The position numbers and the translations under genes were made by a program. Of a DNA stretch of 64,000 nt, positions 13,347 through 25,947 are shown piece after piece. The DNA lies in assembly GCF_018977255.1 (NCBI RefSeq), contig NW_024704743.1, positions 13,146,001 to 13,210,000 of the forward strand, written 5' to 3'. Within the stretch, counting starts at the first letter, position 1. Each line of letters starts with the position of its first letter. This DNA is from Callorhinchus milii (Eukaryota). Under the pieces are notes generated by a model that did not search any database, was not told the origin of the DNA, and worked only from the letters and a program-made list of their open reading frames with translations.

Positions 13347-14488
13347 CCCACCAACTGGCCCAATTCAACAAGCCAAGAAAAAAATGCTGCTAAAATCAAT
13401 GCAACCTTGAGGATTTTGAAGGTCATAAAGGAAAACAATGTGCAGTATGTAGGAGCTGCTTATTATTATATTACGTATATTACCTTTTCAAGGTCAATTA
13501 CTGATGCCTTCATCTTCCAAATTGAATTGAGGTCATTAACATTCAAACATCAATATCAACATTGAATATAACTGATATGGTACAGTAAAGAGTTGGGCCA
13601 CTTTGTCTTTCTCAGATTTGCCCCGAATATGAACATTCTTGTGACTGTCTATCTGTGTATGTACATAAATTCAGAATGTATGCATGTTTGCATTTATGTA
13701 ATTTATGCAACTATGTGTATGTATCTAGGTGCAAGTATGTATCTACTTAAAAATGTACATGCATTGACTGTTTATTGATGAAATTCTAGAGACCAAAATA
13801 AATTGCAGTATTTGATATTCCCAATATGTGTATATGGATTATGAGATCTGTGCTCTGAAGAGTCCTCCTAAGCATTAAGTAGGGAAGTGCTTCTACCTTT
13901 TCACCAATGCCACATAGCAATCAGTCTGCAGTCAGCTATTTCCTGCAAACAACCGAGTACCCGATGATTGAACAGAATGCAGGACTTGAGTTTATGTAAT
14001 TACCATACACACTTGTTTCGTATTTTTGTATCACATTCACAGAAATAGAGTTCTTCCCTATCGAGGAATGCAAGATCATTATACCTAGGTGCTGGCATCT
14101 GGACATGAACATGATCAAAAACAAGAGTATCCTGGGAACTGCAAGCTAGTAATGGTGAAGAAAAGAGCTGTCACCGAGTTTCCAATTACTGCACATCTGC
14201 CCTACTTTTACAAAGCATCCATCTAGCATAAGCACTGCTGGAGCAGTTATAGAATCACAGAAAGTTCACAGCACAGAAAAAGGTCAAAGTAAAATTGTAA
14301 TGGTGCAACTTCCTCTACTGGAGCTATCTTTTCTAACCCCAATTCCACGCTTTTTCTCCATCGCCTTTCTTCAAACTCATATCCAATTCCCTTTTAAATG
14401 TTGTTTGTGACAGCTCACAAGACAGTGGTGATGATTTCAGGAGTGGATACTGCCTCTGTCTTCATTTCTCCCCATTGTTATACAATCA

Positions 14489-17400
14489 ATGCATGGGGAG
14501 GATGTCCCAAGGTGCTGAACAGTCATCAGGACCCAACTGTGGGGAGGGTTGGGATCAGGAAGGATGGAGGGCGACCAAAGGCACGGTCGAGAAGGAGGAT
14601 TTTGAGGCGTGCCTTGAAGGAGGCAAGGGGGGGAGCGAACAAAGGGAATGTGGATGGAGTTCCAAATGGTGGGGGCAGAGAGGTTGAAGGCTCAACCGCT
14701 GATGATGGGGCAGGCTGGGGGGGGACATGGAGCCTGCTGAGCATAGGGAGTGGACAGATTGATAAGGGGTTAGCATGTTGGAGAGGTAGGAAGGGGCGAG
14801 GCCGTGGAGGGTCTTGAAGGTGTGGACAAGAATTTTAAACTATCCTCTGAGGGATGGGGAGCCAGTGGAGCCGGACGAGGGTAGGGGTGATGGGTTCACG
14901 GCGTCTGATGCGGGAGAGGACACAAACTGCAGAGTTCTGGATAATCTGCAGCTTGTGGAGGGAAGATTTGGGAAGGCCGATGAGCAGGGAGTTGGCATAG
15001 TCAAGCGTAGATGTAATGAAGGCATGCATGAGGGTTTCAGCGGCCCGAGGGGTGAGGCAGTGGCGGAGTCAGGCAATATTGCGGAGGTGGGGAAAGGCAG
15101 AGCGGGTCATGTCACAGATGTGAGAGAGAAAGGACAGTTGAGGGTCGAACAAGACATCTAGGTTCCTGACTGGCTTGGTGAGGTGAAGCGTGCATCCGTG
15201 GATGCTGATGCTGCCAGTGCCTGAGGTGCTGAGGTGCTGGCGGGAGCCATCAGGAGAGCTTCAGTGTTGTTGACATTCAACTATAGAACGTTGCAGGATT
15301 TTATGTCTGATAGACCTTCTGTCAGGACATCAGTGGTCTGGAGTTGAAGGTGGAGGCAGCGAGAGAGAGTTGGGTGTCATCTGCATACATGTGGAAGTTG
15401 ACCACATATCTGTGGAAGATATCACCAAGAGGAAGCATGTACCGGTTGAAGAGGAGAAGACTTAGGAAAGAGCCCTAAGGAACACTGCATGAGATGGTGC
15501 AGGGGCTGGAGCAGAAGCCGTTTGTGGATACAAAGTGGAGCCAGTGTGAGAGATAGGATCTAAACCATTCAAGGACAGAACCTTGAAGGTTGAGAGGAGA
15601 GGTGGTGGAGGAGGATAGAGTAGTCCACAGTGTCAAAGGCAAAAGAGGGGTTAAGGAGGATAAGGAGACAGAGGGAACCCTGGTCAGAGATGGACAGAAT
15701 GTTATTCTGTTATTCTGATTAGGGCTGTTTCCATGCTGTGGGCAGGGGTTCATGGAGGGGTTCATAAAGGGAGTGGCAGGAGAGGAAGGAGTGAAGCTGG
15801 GAAGCAACAATTCTTTCAAGGACCTTGGAAAGGATGGGGAGGGGGGAGATAGGCTGGTAGGTTGTGAGTAGGGATGGGTCCAGGCAAGGTTTTTTTAAGA
15901 TAGGGGTGATGACATCTGTTTTCAGTGAGGTAGCAAATGTGCTAGTTGACAGGAAGAGGTTGATGAGGTCTGAGAGTAAAGGGAGGTGGAGGTGGAGCTG
16001 GGAGGCAAGGAGGGGTAGGGATGGGGTCGAGGGAGCAGGTGGTAGGCTTCATGCGGGTTATAGTGGTGATTGGAGAGGAGGGGGAGACAGGTTCGAGGGA
16101 CAGGTGGATGGTAGAGGCCGGAGTATGAGGGAGGGATGGGGGAGTGGGTAGTAGTTGGGAGGGTGGGGGTGACTGAATGGATCCCATCGATTTTGGCCTC
16201 GAGGAAATCCAGCCTCTCCTCGCAGATGGAGTTGGAGGAGGAGACGGGCGAGGAGTGCGAGGGTGGATGGAGGAGTCGGTTGGGGGTGGAAAAGAGGAGC
16301 CTGGGGTTGTCCTTGGTCTCCAAAATTATCTTGGAATAGAAGGACGATTTAGCAGTGGCGAGTGGTAGGCGAAGGTATTGAGAATGGTGGAAAGGGATTT
16401 GTGGAGGAGAGTGACTGAGAAGGATAAATCGGTGTGGGAGGTAGGCCAGAGGGGGAGAAGTTCAGATGACTTCAGAGCAGCGGAGAGGGAGTGCAGGGAA
16501 ATTCTTTTCAAGGGTCAGTAGGAGATGGAGGTGGGTTGGGTGGCGGTGGGGCGAGGGATTGAGGAGTTAAGGGAAGTGATCTGATCTGAGGCTTTATCGG
16601 TGTTTGTGAGGTCCGAGACACTGAGGCCCCGGATAATCACCAGGTCGAGTGGGTAGTAGAGTGGTTGTGGAAGGGAACGTTGTGAGAGGAGAGGCAAGAG
16701 GAGAAGTCAGTGGAGATAGAACAAGAGGGGATGAGGTGCAGGTTGAAGTTTCCTAGGATGAGGAGGTGTTAAGAACAGAGGGAAGCTAGAAGGGTGGAAA
16801 TGTCAGAGATAAGGTAGGAGAGGGTTTGGGGGGGCAATAAATCAGGAGAAATTTGAGGGAAAGATCAGAGGAGTGGCAGAGGATAAGATGCTCTAGGAAG
16901 GGGAATAAGCTGGAGGACGAGAGGGATAGAACAAGTGACGACCTAGAGATGAGGGCCACACCACTGCCATGGCGGTTGGGACGTGGGGTATAGTGGAAGG
17001 TATAGCCAGGTGGTGTGGCCTCATTCAGGGGGAAGGTGTCGCCTGAGGTGATCCAGGTTTCAGTGAGGGCCAGAGTATTGATGTTTTCATCAACGATGAT
17101 GTTGTTGATGGCGAGAGCCTTGTTGGAAAGGAAGTGGACATTTTGTAGGCCGTTGTGGAGCGGACAGATGGCAGGGGAATGTGTGAGATGGGAAGAGGTG
17201 GTGGGAGGATTGGCAGGGAGGATGGGAATGTGAATGAAGGAAAAGGTAGCCCCCAGGGCCTGGGTCCAGCGGAGCTTGCGGTGCTAGTGAGGAATGGGGC
17301 AATCAGTATGGCTGCCACTGGACAGCCAAAGCCAAGTGCCATGGTGAGTCCGACGGAGGATTCCCAGGCTGGAGCAGGAGGAGGTTATAGCATGGTCAAG

Positions 17401-17620
17401 TGGGGATAGGAGGTGAGGAGCACGGAAAGAGAAGAGGTTAGAACGGGAGACTTGCAGGGAAGGGAGATTTTGGGGGAAAAGCAGCTCGGGTCGGGGGAGG
17501 TAGCCAAGATGCGCACGCCTAGACTTGAGACAAGAGTTTAGTGGGGCACAGTCAAACCAAAAGGCATGGAGACTGCAAGGGCTAGAGGCAGCGTAGAGTG
17601 GGGAGAGGGGGCAGGGCACT
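14489..17620 (-). mobile_element. Long degraded L2 LINE (endonuclease, RT and 3' end)
   Basis: Minus strand: endonuclease NVHFLSNKALAI...LALTETWI...PGYTF at ~16930-17150, RT remnants at 15300-15900, C-terminus at 14800-15200. Many frameshifts. Confidence 0.9.
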
Positions 17621-19520
17621 CATTGTGTTATCCACCAGGTTGCACAACCTGGAAGATAACACTGACCAGCCTGCAGGGAAAACAACAACAACAAAATTAC
17701 ATTTATAGAGCGCCTTTCACGTCAGGAGGACAGAGGAGTGGAAGTCTGCTCCCAATAGACTATACTATGCCTGGTTCCAGGGATTCAAACCTGGTGGGCA
17801 GAAGTGACGTCACGCGGGGGTTTAGGCGGGAGATTGTAAAATGGCGGCTCTGCTTGAACCCAGTAATGGCTGCCACTCGTCACTCGATCCCCGAGACTTC
17901 GGCCCTGCCTATCGCTACCTGCCAGTCCCAATCCCTGGGACTACCCTTACCTGCTGGCTCCTGCCAACCGCGCTCCCTGAAGCCTCGTTGCCACTGCTCA
18001 TCTCTCTCACTGATCCTGCTCCTGCACTAACCTCGGGCGGAACAGCTCGGTTTGCACCCAGCCGCTGCTCCTGATTACCCCAGCCCACTGGCCTCAAATC
18101 CGCTCCTAGCTGCTCTCCCCAGTATCCTCTTCTCCTCGCTCCGCTTTCATCGACCGAGCCTTTGACCCTCACCCCGATCACTGCCTGCTCTTTCACCCTT
18201 GGCCCCAGTGCTCGCTGCTCATGTCTACTCCCAGCGCTCGCTGCTCCTGTTTGCTCCCAGAGCACGCTGCTCGTGTCTGCTCCCAGCACTCGCTGCTCGT
18301 GTCTGCTCCCAGCGCACACTGCTTGAGTCAGTTGTTACCTCACTGCTGTTAAACGTCATTTGATGCCCAAACAAGTGTTGCTGTCACAGCGCATGTTATT
18401 GCGTTGAGAATATTTTGGTTGTCTCTGAGAGTGGATGCTGTTCAGCTCCGGTTCTAGTTTGCCTTGATGCCACTGAATCTGTTTACTAAAAAAACGTTAT
18501 TGAGAATTTAGCCTCTCAATGATTGAGACTAATTTGTCAGGAAAATCGCTCATGATAAAGTTTAAAGGCACAAAATTCCATCTAATATTAGTCTGCAAGA
18601 CCAACAAAATAAGATTGGGGAGAATTGCAGAAATCCACTTCTTCTCACTTCTTAAAATTAACTAGCCACCAAATTAACACTGAATTTAAGAATTTTCAGC
18701 AGTCATATTAATGGTGTGCACCTTAAATATAAACTGTGCATGTCTTCTGTGTGCTACACAGCTCTGCAGTTACCTCCCTCAGTTGATAAGAGCTAGTTTG
18801 AGCCTGTTGGAAGAAACAGGTCTGATGTTCTAAGCAGTCTTTTCTCATTGTTATTCCATGTAGAGCCAGCACACTCTGCACTCGAGATACCCTCTCTCTG
18901 AATATTTGGTATTATCACCAGAAGATTTCCCCAACCCCACTATTCATCACCCTAACAAACATACTCACACCAAAAAATACACATCTCTGGCTTTTCAGAC
19001 AATGAACTGCAACTGCAACTGCAATCAACTGACAGGTCAGATCAGTTTATCTTAATGATATGTTTCCCAGTTACAAAGCTGCTTCTAATAAGAACAAGCA
19101 TCTAGCACCTGGCAAAGAGGGATAAACGTTTGGGTTAGTGGGGGTGGTGGGGTGTAAAGGAAAGAACATGACACAATTCTGCAGTCACCTTCCTCAGTGG
19201 ATAAGACTTAGTTTGAACCTGTTGGAAGAAGCAGGTCTGATGTTCTAAGCAATCTTTTCCCATTGTTATTCCAATTCCATTTGGCCATATTTGGCCAAAT
19301 ATGGTAAAATGGATGTCTTAAATCTCCTTCCCATCTGATGGAGGGACCCAAGATTGTCAGATCTCATGAGTCAATAGGCAAGAACGGAACATGTTTTTTT
19401 CTCCCTTAAATTTTCCAGCATAGACCTGAATGGGCTAAATGGTCTCCTTCGATACCTGCAAACATTCTACCATTCTATGCAGCTAATAATAATACATGCA
19501 TCTGATCTTGTGTCATCCAG

Positions 19521-19920
19521 GCTCAGTTTGTAGCACTCTCACCATTGAATCAGAAATGTTCAATCCTCACATTGGGACTTGGTACTCATAATTTTCAACT
19601 GAAACTCCAATACTGTGCTGGGTATGCGCTGCACTGTCGCCGGTGCCACCCTATAGATAAGAGGTTTCATCTTCCTGATCAGGTAGAAGTTAAAGATTCC
19701 ATTTTGTAAAGAGAAAGGTGTTTCTTCTGGTATCCGGGACTAAATAAAATTAGTCATTCAGTTCATGGCTGTTTGTGGCACATTGCTGCGCTCAAATTAA
19801 CTGACACATTTGCCCACAAAACACACAATCACTGCACTTTATAGTAAAACCTATGAAACGTTTTGGGACATCCTCCAGACGTAAAATGCACGAGACCAAA
19901 TGCAAGAACTATTATGATTA
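19521..19920 (+). mobile_element. SacSINE1-like tRNA-SINE; other copies near 7500-7770, 8786-9060, 26910-27030, 27352-27608, 45960-46040, 62480-62680
   Basis: Head GCTCAGTT(T)GTAGCACTCT...GAGTCAGAAGGTT and body GCACTGTC...GGTGCC...GATGAGA recur across copies. Family name from memory. Confidence 0.7.
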
Positions 19921-21219
19921 TTATCTCCTTATGGCATTTGCCTCCTCTGATGGAGTATGGTTCCATGGGTATTGGATATCCTGTAGTATTTTACCCAAGT
20001 GTCTATAATTCAGGTGTGAGGTTGATAATGAGTCTTGACAAGCTATTCAGCCATCATAACTTCATAGCCCCATCATTTCCTCAAAAGCCAAACATGTGCA
20101 CCTTCCAGCAGAGGTCTTTGAAGAGTGATCAGGAACAGGAACTGCAGCAAATTTTCACCTTCCTAACTGAAGCCACCTGTACTACAACAATAACTACTTG
20201 CTCTTATATTGTGGCCTTCATGCAGGGTAGTTGTCTCAGAGCATTTAACAATGATGGAGATTGACATCGAGCCAAGAACAAAGGTGAGGTAATTGTAGGA
20301 AAGGTAGAAGGGAGGGTCTTTAGTTGTGATCTGAACTGCTAACCCAATTATTAACTTGACTGAAATCAAACTCAGCACAAACCAAGATTGGACATGCAAA
20401 CTTCCAGTCTGAATGGGTCAGTGCTGCACCCGATAGCATCATCAGGGAAGCCTCTCCTGGAACAAATGTATTTGTGCCTATCAAAAAATACCTGTTTTAA
20501 ATTAAATCACTTTGTTTTGAATCACTTTGTTTTAGAGCGAGCGGTCATATGGAGAATGCTGTCAGAATAAAATCAATCTTACACAAATCAGAAATGGTAC
20601 AGAAACGAACTTGAACAAGTTTGCTGACAAAACCAAACTGAGTGAGGTTATCAGTTGCTCGGAATCAGTCAACATAATAATATTAATGATCCTTGCATTT
20701 GAAACAACAGCTTATCATGTTGTCAAAACATCTTACAAGCGCTTCACAGGATTTTAATGTAAATTAGTGACTGCATTTTGTAGCTAAATGCAGCAGCCAC
20801 TTTGTGCAGAGTAATGTCCATGGAGTGAATGGACAATTTTATCTGGAGATTTGTTGTTTAAAATACCAGGAGAAAATCCCTTCTATTTCTGAATAGTACT
20901 ATGGGATCTTTAATGTCCATTTGACCAGGCAGAAGGGATCTCTTCACAAAGAGTAATATCTAGTATGTGCCAAGAAAGAACTAGATTCTCTCCTGACAGT
21001 GGAAAGAGAACAAATTATGGGAGGTCCACCTGATGTGAAGGGAACTATATGAATGTAAATTGCTTTTGTGTATAAAGTACATAAATGAGACTTGACTGAT
21101 ATCCATGTTCACAGTAATCTGGTTTGTTTCCACTAGCAGGAGAAAGTTCAGCTCTTTCTTGACAGACACATACTCCAGTTTCCTCAATTATATGAATGAA
21201 TTCCAGAGTTATAAATACA

Positions 21220-21410
21220 ACAACAACAACAAGATTTCATTTATAGAGCGCCTTTCACGTCAGGAGGACGTCCCAAGGCGCTGGACAGTTGAGTCAGGAC
21301 CCGAGCAGGGGGGAAATGGTCAGGGTGAGGGGAGGGAAGGGAGGGAGCGAGGAGGGGGGAAATGGTCAGGGGGAGGGGAGGGAAGGGAGGGAGCGAGGAG
21401 GGGGTAGAGA
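21220..21410 (-). mobile_element. Young-looking L2 3' end with an internal tandem duplication
   Basis: (CAA)n tail and TTTATAGAGCGCCTTTCACGTCAGGAGGACGTCCCAAGG; the GGGGGAAATGGTCAGGG...GAGCGAGGAGGGG unit occurs twice. Confidence 0.85.
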
Positions 21411-22694
21411 GAATAATAATAACAATCTTTGGATTTGATAGAATGTTTATAAAAACGAAATGCCTCAAAATGTTTCACAGGTATTTGCTGCCAAGTGTAG
21501 TGACTGTGCATTTGTAGGCAAGTTTTTCTTCAGAAAATATCTATGAAGCTTTTCTTCTTTCTGAAGACCTGCAAAACAATGCCCCATAGCTTTAATGCCT
21601 GGATCTTTGTTAGACTTGGGAATCTAAGTATGTCTTTCATGAATAAAAAAAACTCCAATTATTTAGCATTTCAGTGTATCCAGAATTTGATAAATTCTTA
21701 AATCCATATAATAAATTATAATAAAAAAACTCATATTGCAATTTATATTAAACCCCTTATAGTAGTCAAATGTGTACATAGATTTAGATAGATTGTTCAA
21801 AACGGAAAAACAGCGCATTCAGCCCAACTAGTCCATGACAGTTTTTATACTCCATATGAGTCTCTCACACCCTTCTATTCTCTTTTCTCTCAAGTGTATG
21901 TCAAGCTACTTCTTGAATGCTTCTATACTATTTGCTTCAATTACCATGTAAAGTCAGCTAGAGCTATGAGACAAACAGAAATAAAGAGTACATAGTAAAC
22001 ATGTCCTACTCCACTATTAACCGGAAATTTGATTGAACTGAAAGATTTTTTAGCCCCCTCCTCCCATTCTTGTTCTTTTTAGTTGACTTTTCATATAATG
22101 CTGGAAACAACCTTATGAAGGAACAACAATTTGCATGTTATCCTTTCATATAGGATTACATCTCACCTTTCTTTTTAATGTTGCACACATAAAAGATAAA
22201 TATGCAACCTATGACCAGTGATAATCATTATCGTGATAATTATCAGATAATAATGATCACTGTTAGTGTTATCACAATTAATAAAAGTTCTTCCACTATA
22301 GACGAACCAAGAAATTGAATAAAAGGGGGCAACCAACATCTTACAAGGTGAAAGGCAAAATACTGCAGGTGCTGTAAATCTGAAATAAAAACTTAACTTT
22401 AAAGTGAATCATAAAATATGCAAGAGAGAACTTTTAGGAACAGCAAAGCATCTCAAAACTGCTTCACAAGTAATTACTGAAAAAGAAGTGATTGTTTTTG
22501 TACACAAACACTGGATATTTAGCTCATGTTCTATGACCGATACTCCATTTTAGTACTGGAGGAGACTGTATTATCAATGATGCTGTCGTTTGAATAAGAT
22601 GCTCAACTGAGGCCCTGTCTAGTGGACATTAAAGATCTCTTAAAACTATTTGAAAAGAGAAGAGAGTTTCTCCTGGCCAACATTCCTCCAGATA

Positions 22695-22830
22695 ATAAAA
22701 ATAGAAGTCGCTGGGAACATCAGCAGGCCAGGCAGCATCTATAGAGAGAGGAACATGAGTTAACATTTCAAGTTGATGACCTAAGGTTCTGACTGAGCAG
22801 CTCAGTGTTCCCAGCGACTTCTACTTTTAT
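22695..22830. mobile_element. Short foldback element with 25-bp terminal inverted repeats (Penelope-terminus-like)
   Basis: 22695-22719 and the reverse complement of 22806-22830 match at 24/25. The interior CAGGCAGCATCT...GAGTTAACATTTC resembles a common shark repeat. Confidence 0.6.
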
Positions 22831-22839
22831 CTTACAAAG

Positions 22840-23430
22840 GGAGCCTGAAGCGATACGTACCTGAACGGATCACTGACAAATGAAGTTCAATACAAATAAA
22901 TGCAAGGTACTGTATATAGGAAATAAAAATAGGAGATTTATGTATTTCATGAACAGGACACAACTAGTCAAAATGGATGTTGAAAGAGCCATGGTATCAT
23001 GCTCATGGTGTAAGAACCTGTGAGACAGCAATAACCAAGGTAAACAGAATGCTGGCTTGTATTGCCAAATCAGTTCAGATTTTCAGAAGTGATACTCAAT
23101 ATTTTCAGACTGTATCTGGAAAACTGCACACAGTTACACAGTTGTGAATTAAGAGAGTTACCCAGGCCTTAGGGCAGTACACAAGAGAGCAATAAGAATT
23201 AAAGAGACAATAAATTACTAATTTTAGCTTTCAGAATGCCAAGGTAACAGGGCAAATGTGAAGGGCAATTTTTGATCAAGACCAGGAAATATGTGTTTAC
23301 AGAGATTAATTAATGGTTTGAAGGTGTTTCCAGTAAGGGTGGTTGAGACCAGGGCACATTTATGAAGCAGCTTGATGCTGTAATGGGAGGATGGTATGGG
23401 GTAGATATTCTGAAATAATAGGATCAAAGG
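22840..23430 (+). mobile_element. Ancient, degraded CR1 3' fragment
   Basis: AAGTTCAAT...AAATGCAAGGTACTGTATATAGG (KFN..KCKVL.IG) motif plus a CR1-like tail. Confidence 0.6.
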
Positions 23431-24451
23431 GGCTGAAAGCCTTTTCTCATCTCTACCTCTCTTGTGAACCTGAACAATAACATCCACTAACCAAACCTCC
23501 TTCTCATCCAGCTCCAATGTACACAACACTGAAAGAACACATCTTGTAGACTAATAATAATAATAATAATACTAAAAGTTATAGTGGAGATAATAAATGG
23601 GATTAATTGATATATAATATATATTTCTTGGTTCTTCCTAGGAAGGGATACCTTATTCTTGAAATTCTTTGCAATATTTTATTTTCACCCTAAGTTGGCT
23701 ATCCAATAGCAAGTATGGAGGGGAATTCTAATCATCTTCTGAAATTACATAAAATAGCTGAGCCTTCCCTTTGCATCTAAGCATTCCTTTCCCCCTTCCC
23801 TCTTTTTTTAATAACAATTTCAAGAGTGAGTGCCTGCAGGTTAAATCTAAACCAACAACTGTGTAATAATAATCATACAGCCTCACAATAGAAAATATTA
23901 CAATGGTATAATGAGCAGACAGTCTTTTTGGCAGCTATCCAGGGCCACATCATTCTACAGGGGATGGGAATGGAGAGAACTGACACTCAGCCAAAAGTGC
24001 CTTATAAGGAGAACAGCTTTAAACAGACAGAGCAGCGAACAAAGTGTTCCAGGCAAGTAATTTACGAAATACAAAAGAGATTGACAGCCTGGCTAATCAG
24101 AGTGCAGTGCCATTCATTGGCTATCAGAGATCACCATTGTCAGGAGCTCATTGATGGCGATTGTAGGGCTGATGATTCAGGTTCCATTGAAGACATAAAA
24201 GATGAATCTCTGGGCTATTTTTCATAATAATAATCCACTATTTACTATAGTACCTTTCACATCAGGGGAATGTCTCAAAAGATTCACAGGATTTTCGGTA
24301 AAGTGAAGTAGCTGTGTAATTTGACCAGGGTCAGTGCCAAGCAACAACTAGACAGGTGAAGAGAGCTGGAGGGGCATGTTTAGGCATTGCCCATTAGTTG
24401 CAGACTTAGGGGCATAGAGGATTCAAGATCAAAACATAGCGATGTCCTTTG

Positions 24452-25947
24452 TGATAAATGTCAGGTCCAAAATACAGAAGATAATCAAATGGAATATAGA
24501 AAGTACAGAGGAGAACTGAAAAAGGAAATAAGAGGGGCAAAGAGATAGTATGAGAAAAGATTAGCGGGTAACATAAAAAGGAACCCTAAGGGAACCCTTT
24601 ATAAGCATAACAAGAATAAAAGGTTAGTCAAAGGTAGGGTGGGTTCCAATTAGGGACCAAAGAGGAAATCTTGTGGAGGCAGAAGGCATGACTGACGTAT
24701 TGAATGAGTACTTTGCATCTATCTTCACAAAAGAAGAGGATGCAGCCAATGCCACAGTATCGGAGGAGAGGGTAGTGGGATAAGATAGGAATAAACTGAG
24801 AGGAGGTACGAAAAAGGTTGTCGGTGCTCAAGGTAAATAAGTCACCCGGTCCGGACGGGATGCATCCTAGGTTACTGAGGGAAGTAAGAGTGGAAATAAT
24901 GGAGGCTCTGGCAACAATCTTTCAATCCTCTTTGGATACCGGGGTGGTGCCAGAGGACTGGAGGGTTGCAAATGTTACTCTCCTGTATTAAAAGGGTCAG
25001 AAAGATAAACCTGGGAACTACAGGCCAGTCAGCCAAACGTCAGTAGTGGGGAAAAACTAGAGATTATAATCTGGGACAAAATAAATTTTCACTTAGAAAA
25101 ATATGGGTTAATAAAGGACAGCCAATACGGATTTGTTAAAGACAAATCATGTCTAACAAACCTGATAGAGTTTTTTTGATGAAGTAACAGAGAGGGTGGA
25201 TGAAGGTAGTGCAGTTGATATGGTTTATATGGATTTTCAAAAGGCATTTGGTAAAGTGCTACATAAGAGGCTTGCAAGCAAAATAGAAGCCCACGGTATT
25301 AAAGGGACAGTGGCAGCATTGATACAGAACTGGTTGGGAGACAGAAAGCAGAGAGTGGTGGTGAATGGTTGTTTCTCTGACTGGAGGGAAGTGTGCAGTG
25401 CTGTTTCCCAGTGGTCAGTATTGGGACCACTGCTGTTTTTGATCTATATAAATGACCTGGACCTGGGTAGAGGGAGTACATTTTCCAAGTTTGCAGATGA
25501 TACTAAGCCAGGAAAAGTAGTAAACAGTGAGGAGGATAGTAGCAGACTGCAACTGGACATAGACAGACTGATAAAATGGGCCGACACGTGGCAGATGAAG
25601 TTTAATGTGGAGAAATGAGAAGTGATGCATTTTGGGAGGAAGAATGAGGAGAGACAATATCAGCTGATGGTACAATCTTAAATGGGGTGAAGGAACAGAG
25701 AGACCTGAGGGTTCATATAAGTACATTTTTGAAGGTAGCAGAACAGGTAGATAAAGCTGTTAAAAAAGCATACGGGATACTAGGCTTTATAAATAGGGGC
25801 ATAGAATACAAAAGTCAGGAAGATATGATGAACCTTTATAAAAAACTGGTTAGGCCTCAGCGAGAGACTGGGTTCAGTTCTGGGCACCACACTCTGGAGA
25901 GGGTGCAAAGGAGATTTACCAGGATGGTACCAGGAATGAGGGAATGA
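24452..25947 (+). mobile_element. CR1 LINE RT fragment; a CR1-type 3' tail follows at ~26215-26302
   Basis: [35 protein letters not shown] and WQMKFN motifs, with stops and frameshifts. Confidence 0.95.

Noticed and set aside
13936..14135. Minus-strand open stretch (DTLVFDHVHVQMPAPRYNDL...)
   Set aside because: Short, no recognisable homology, no partner exons found.
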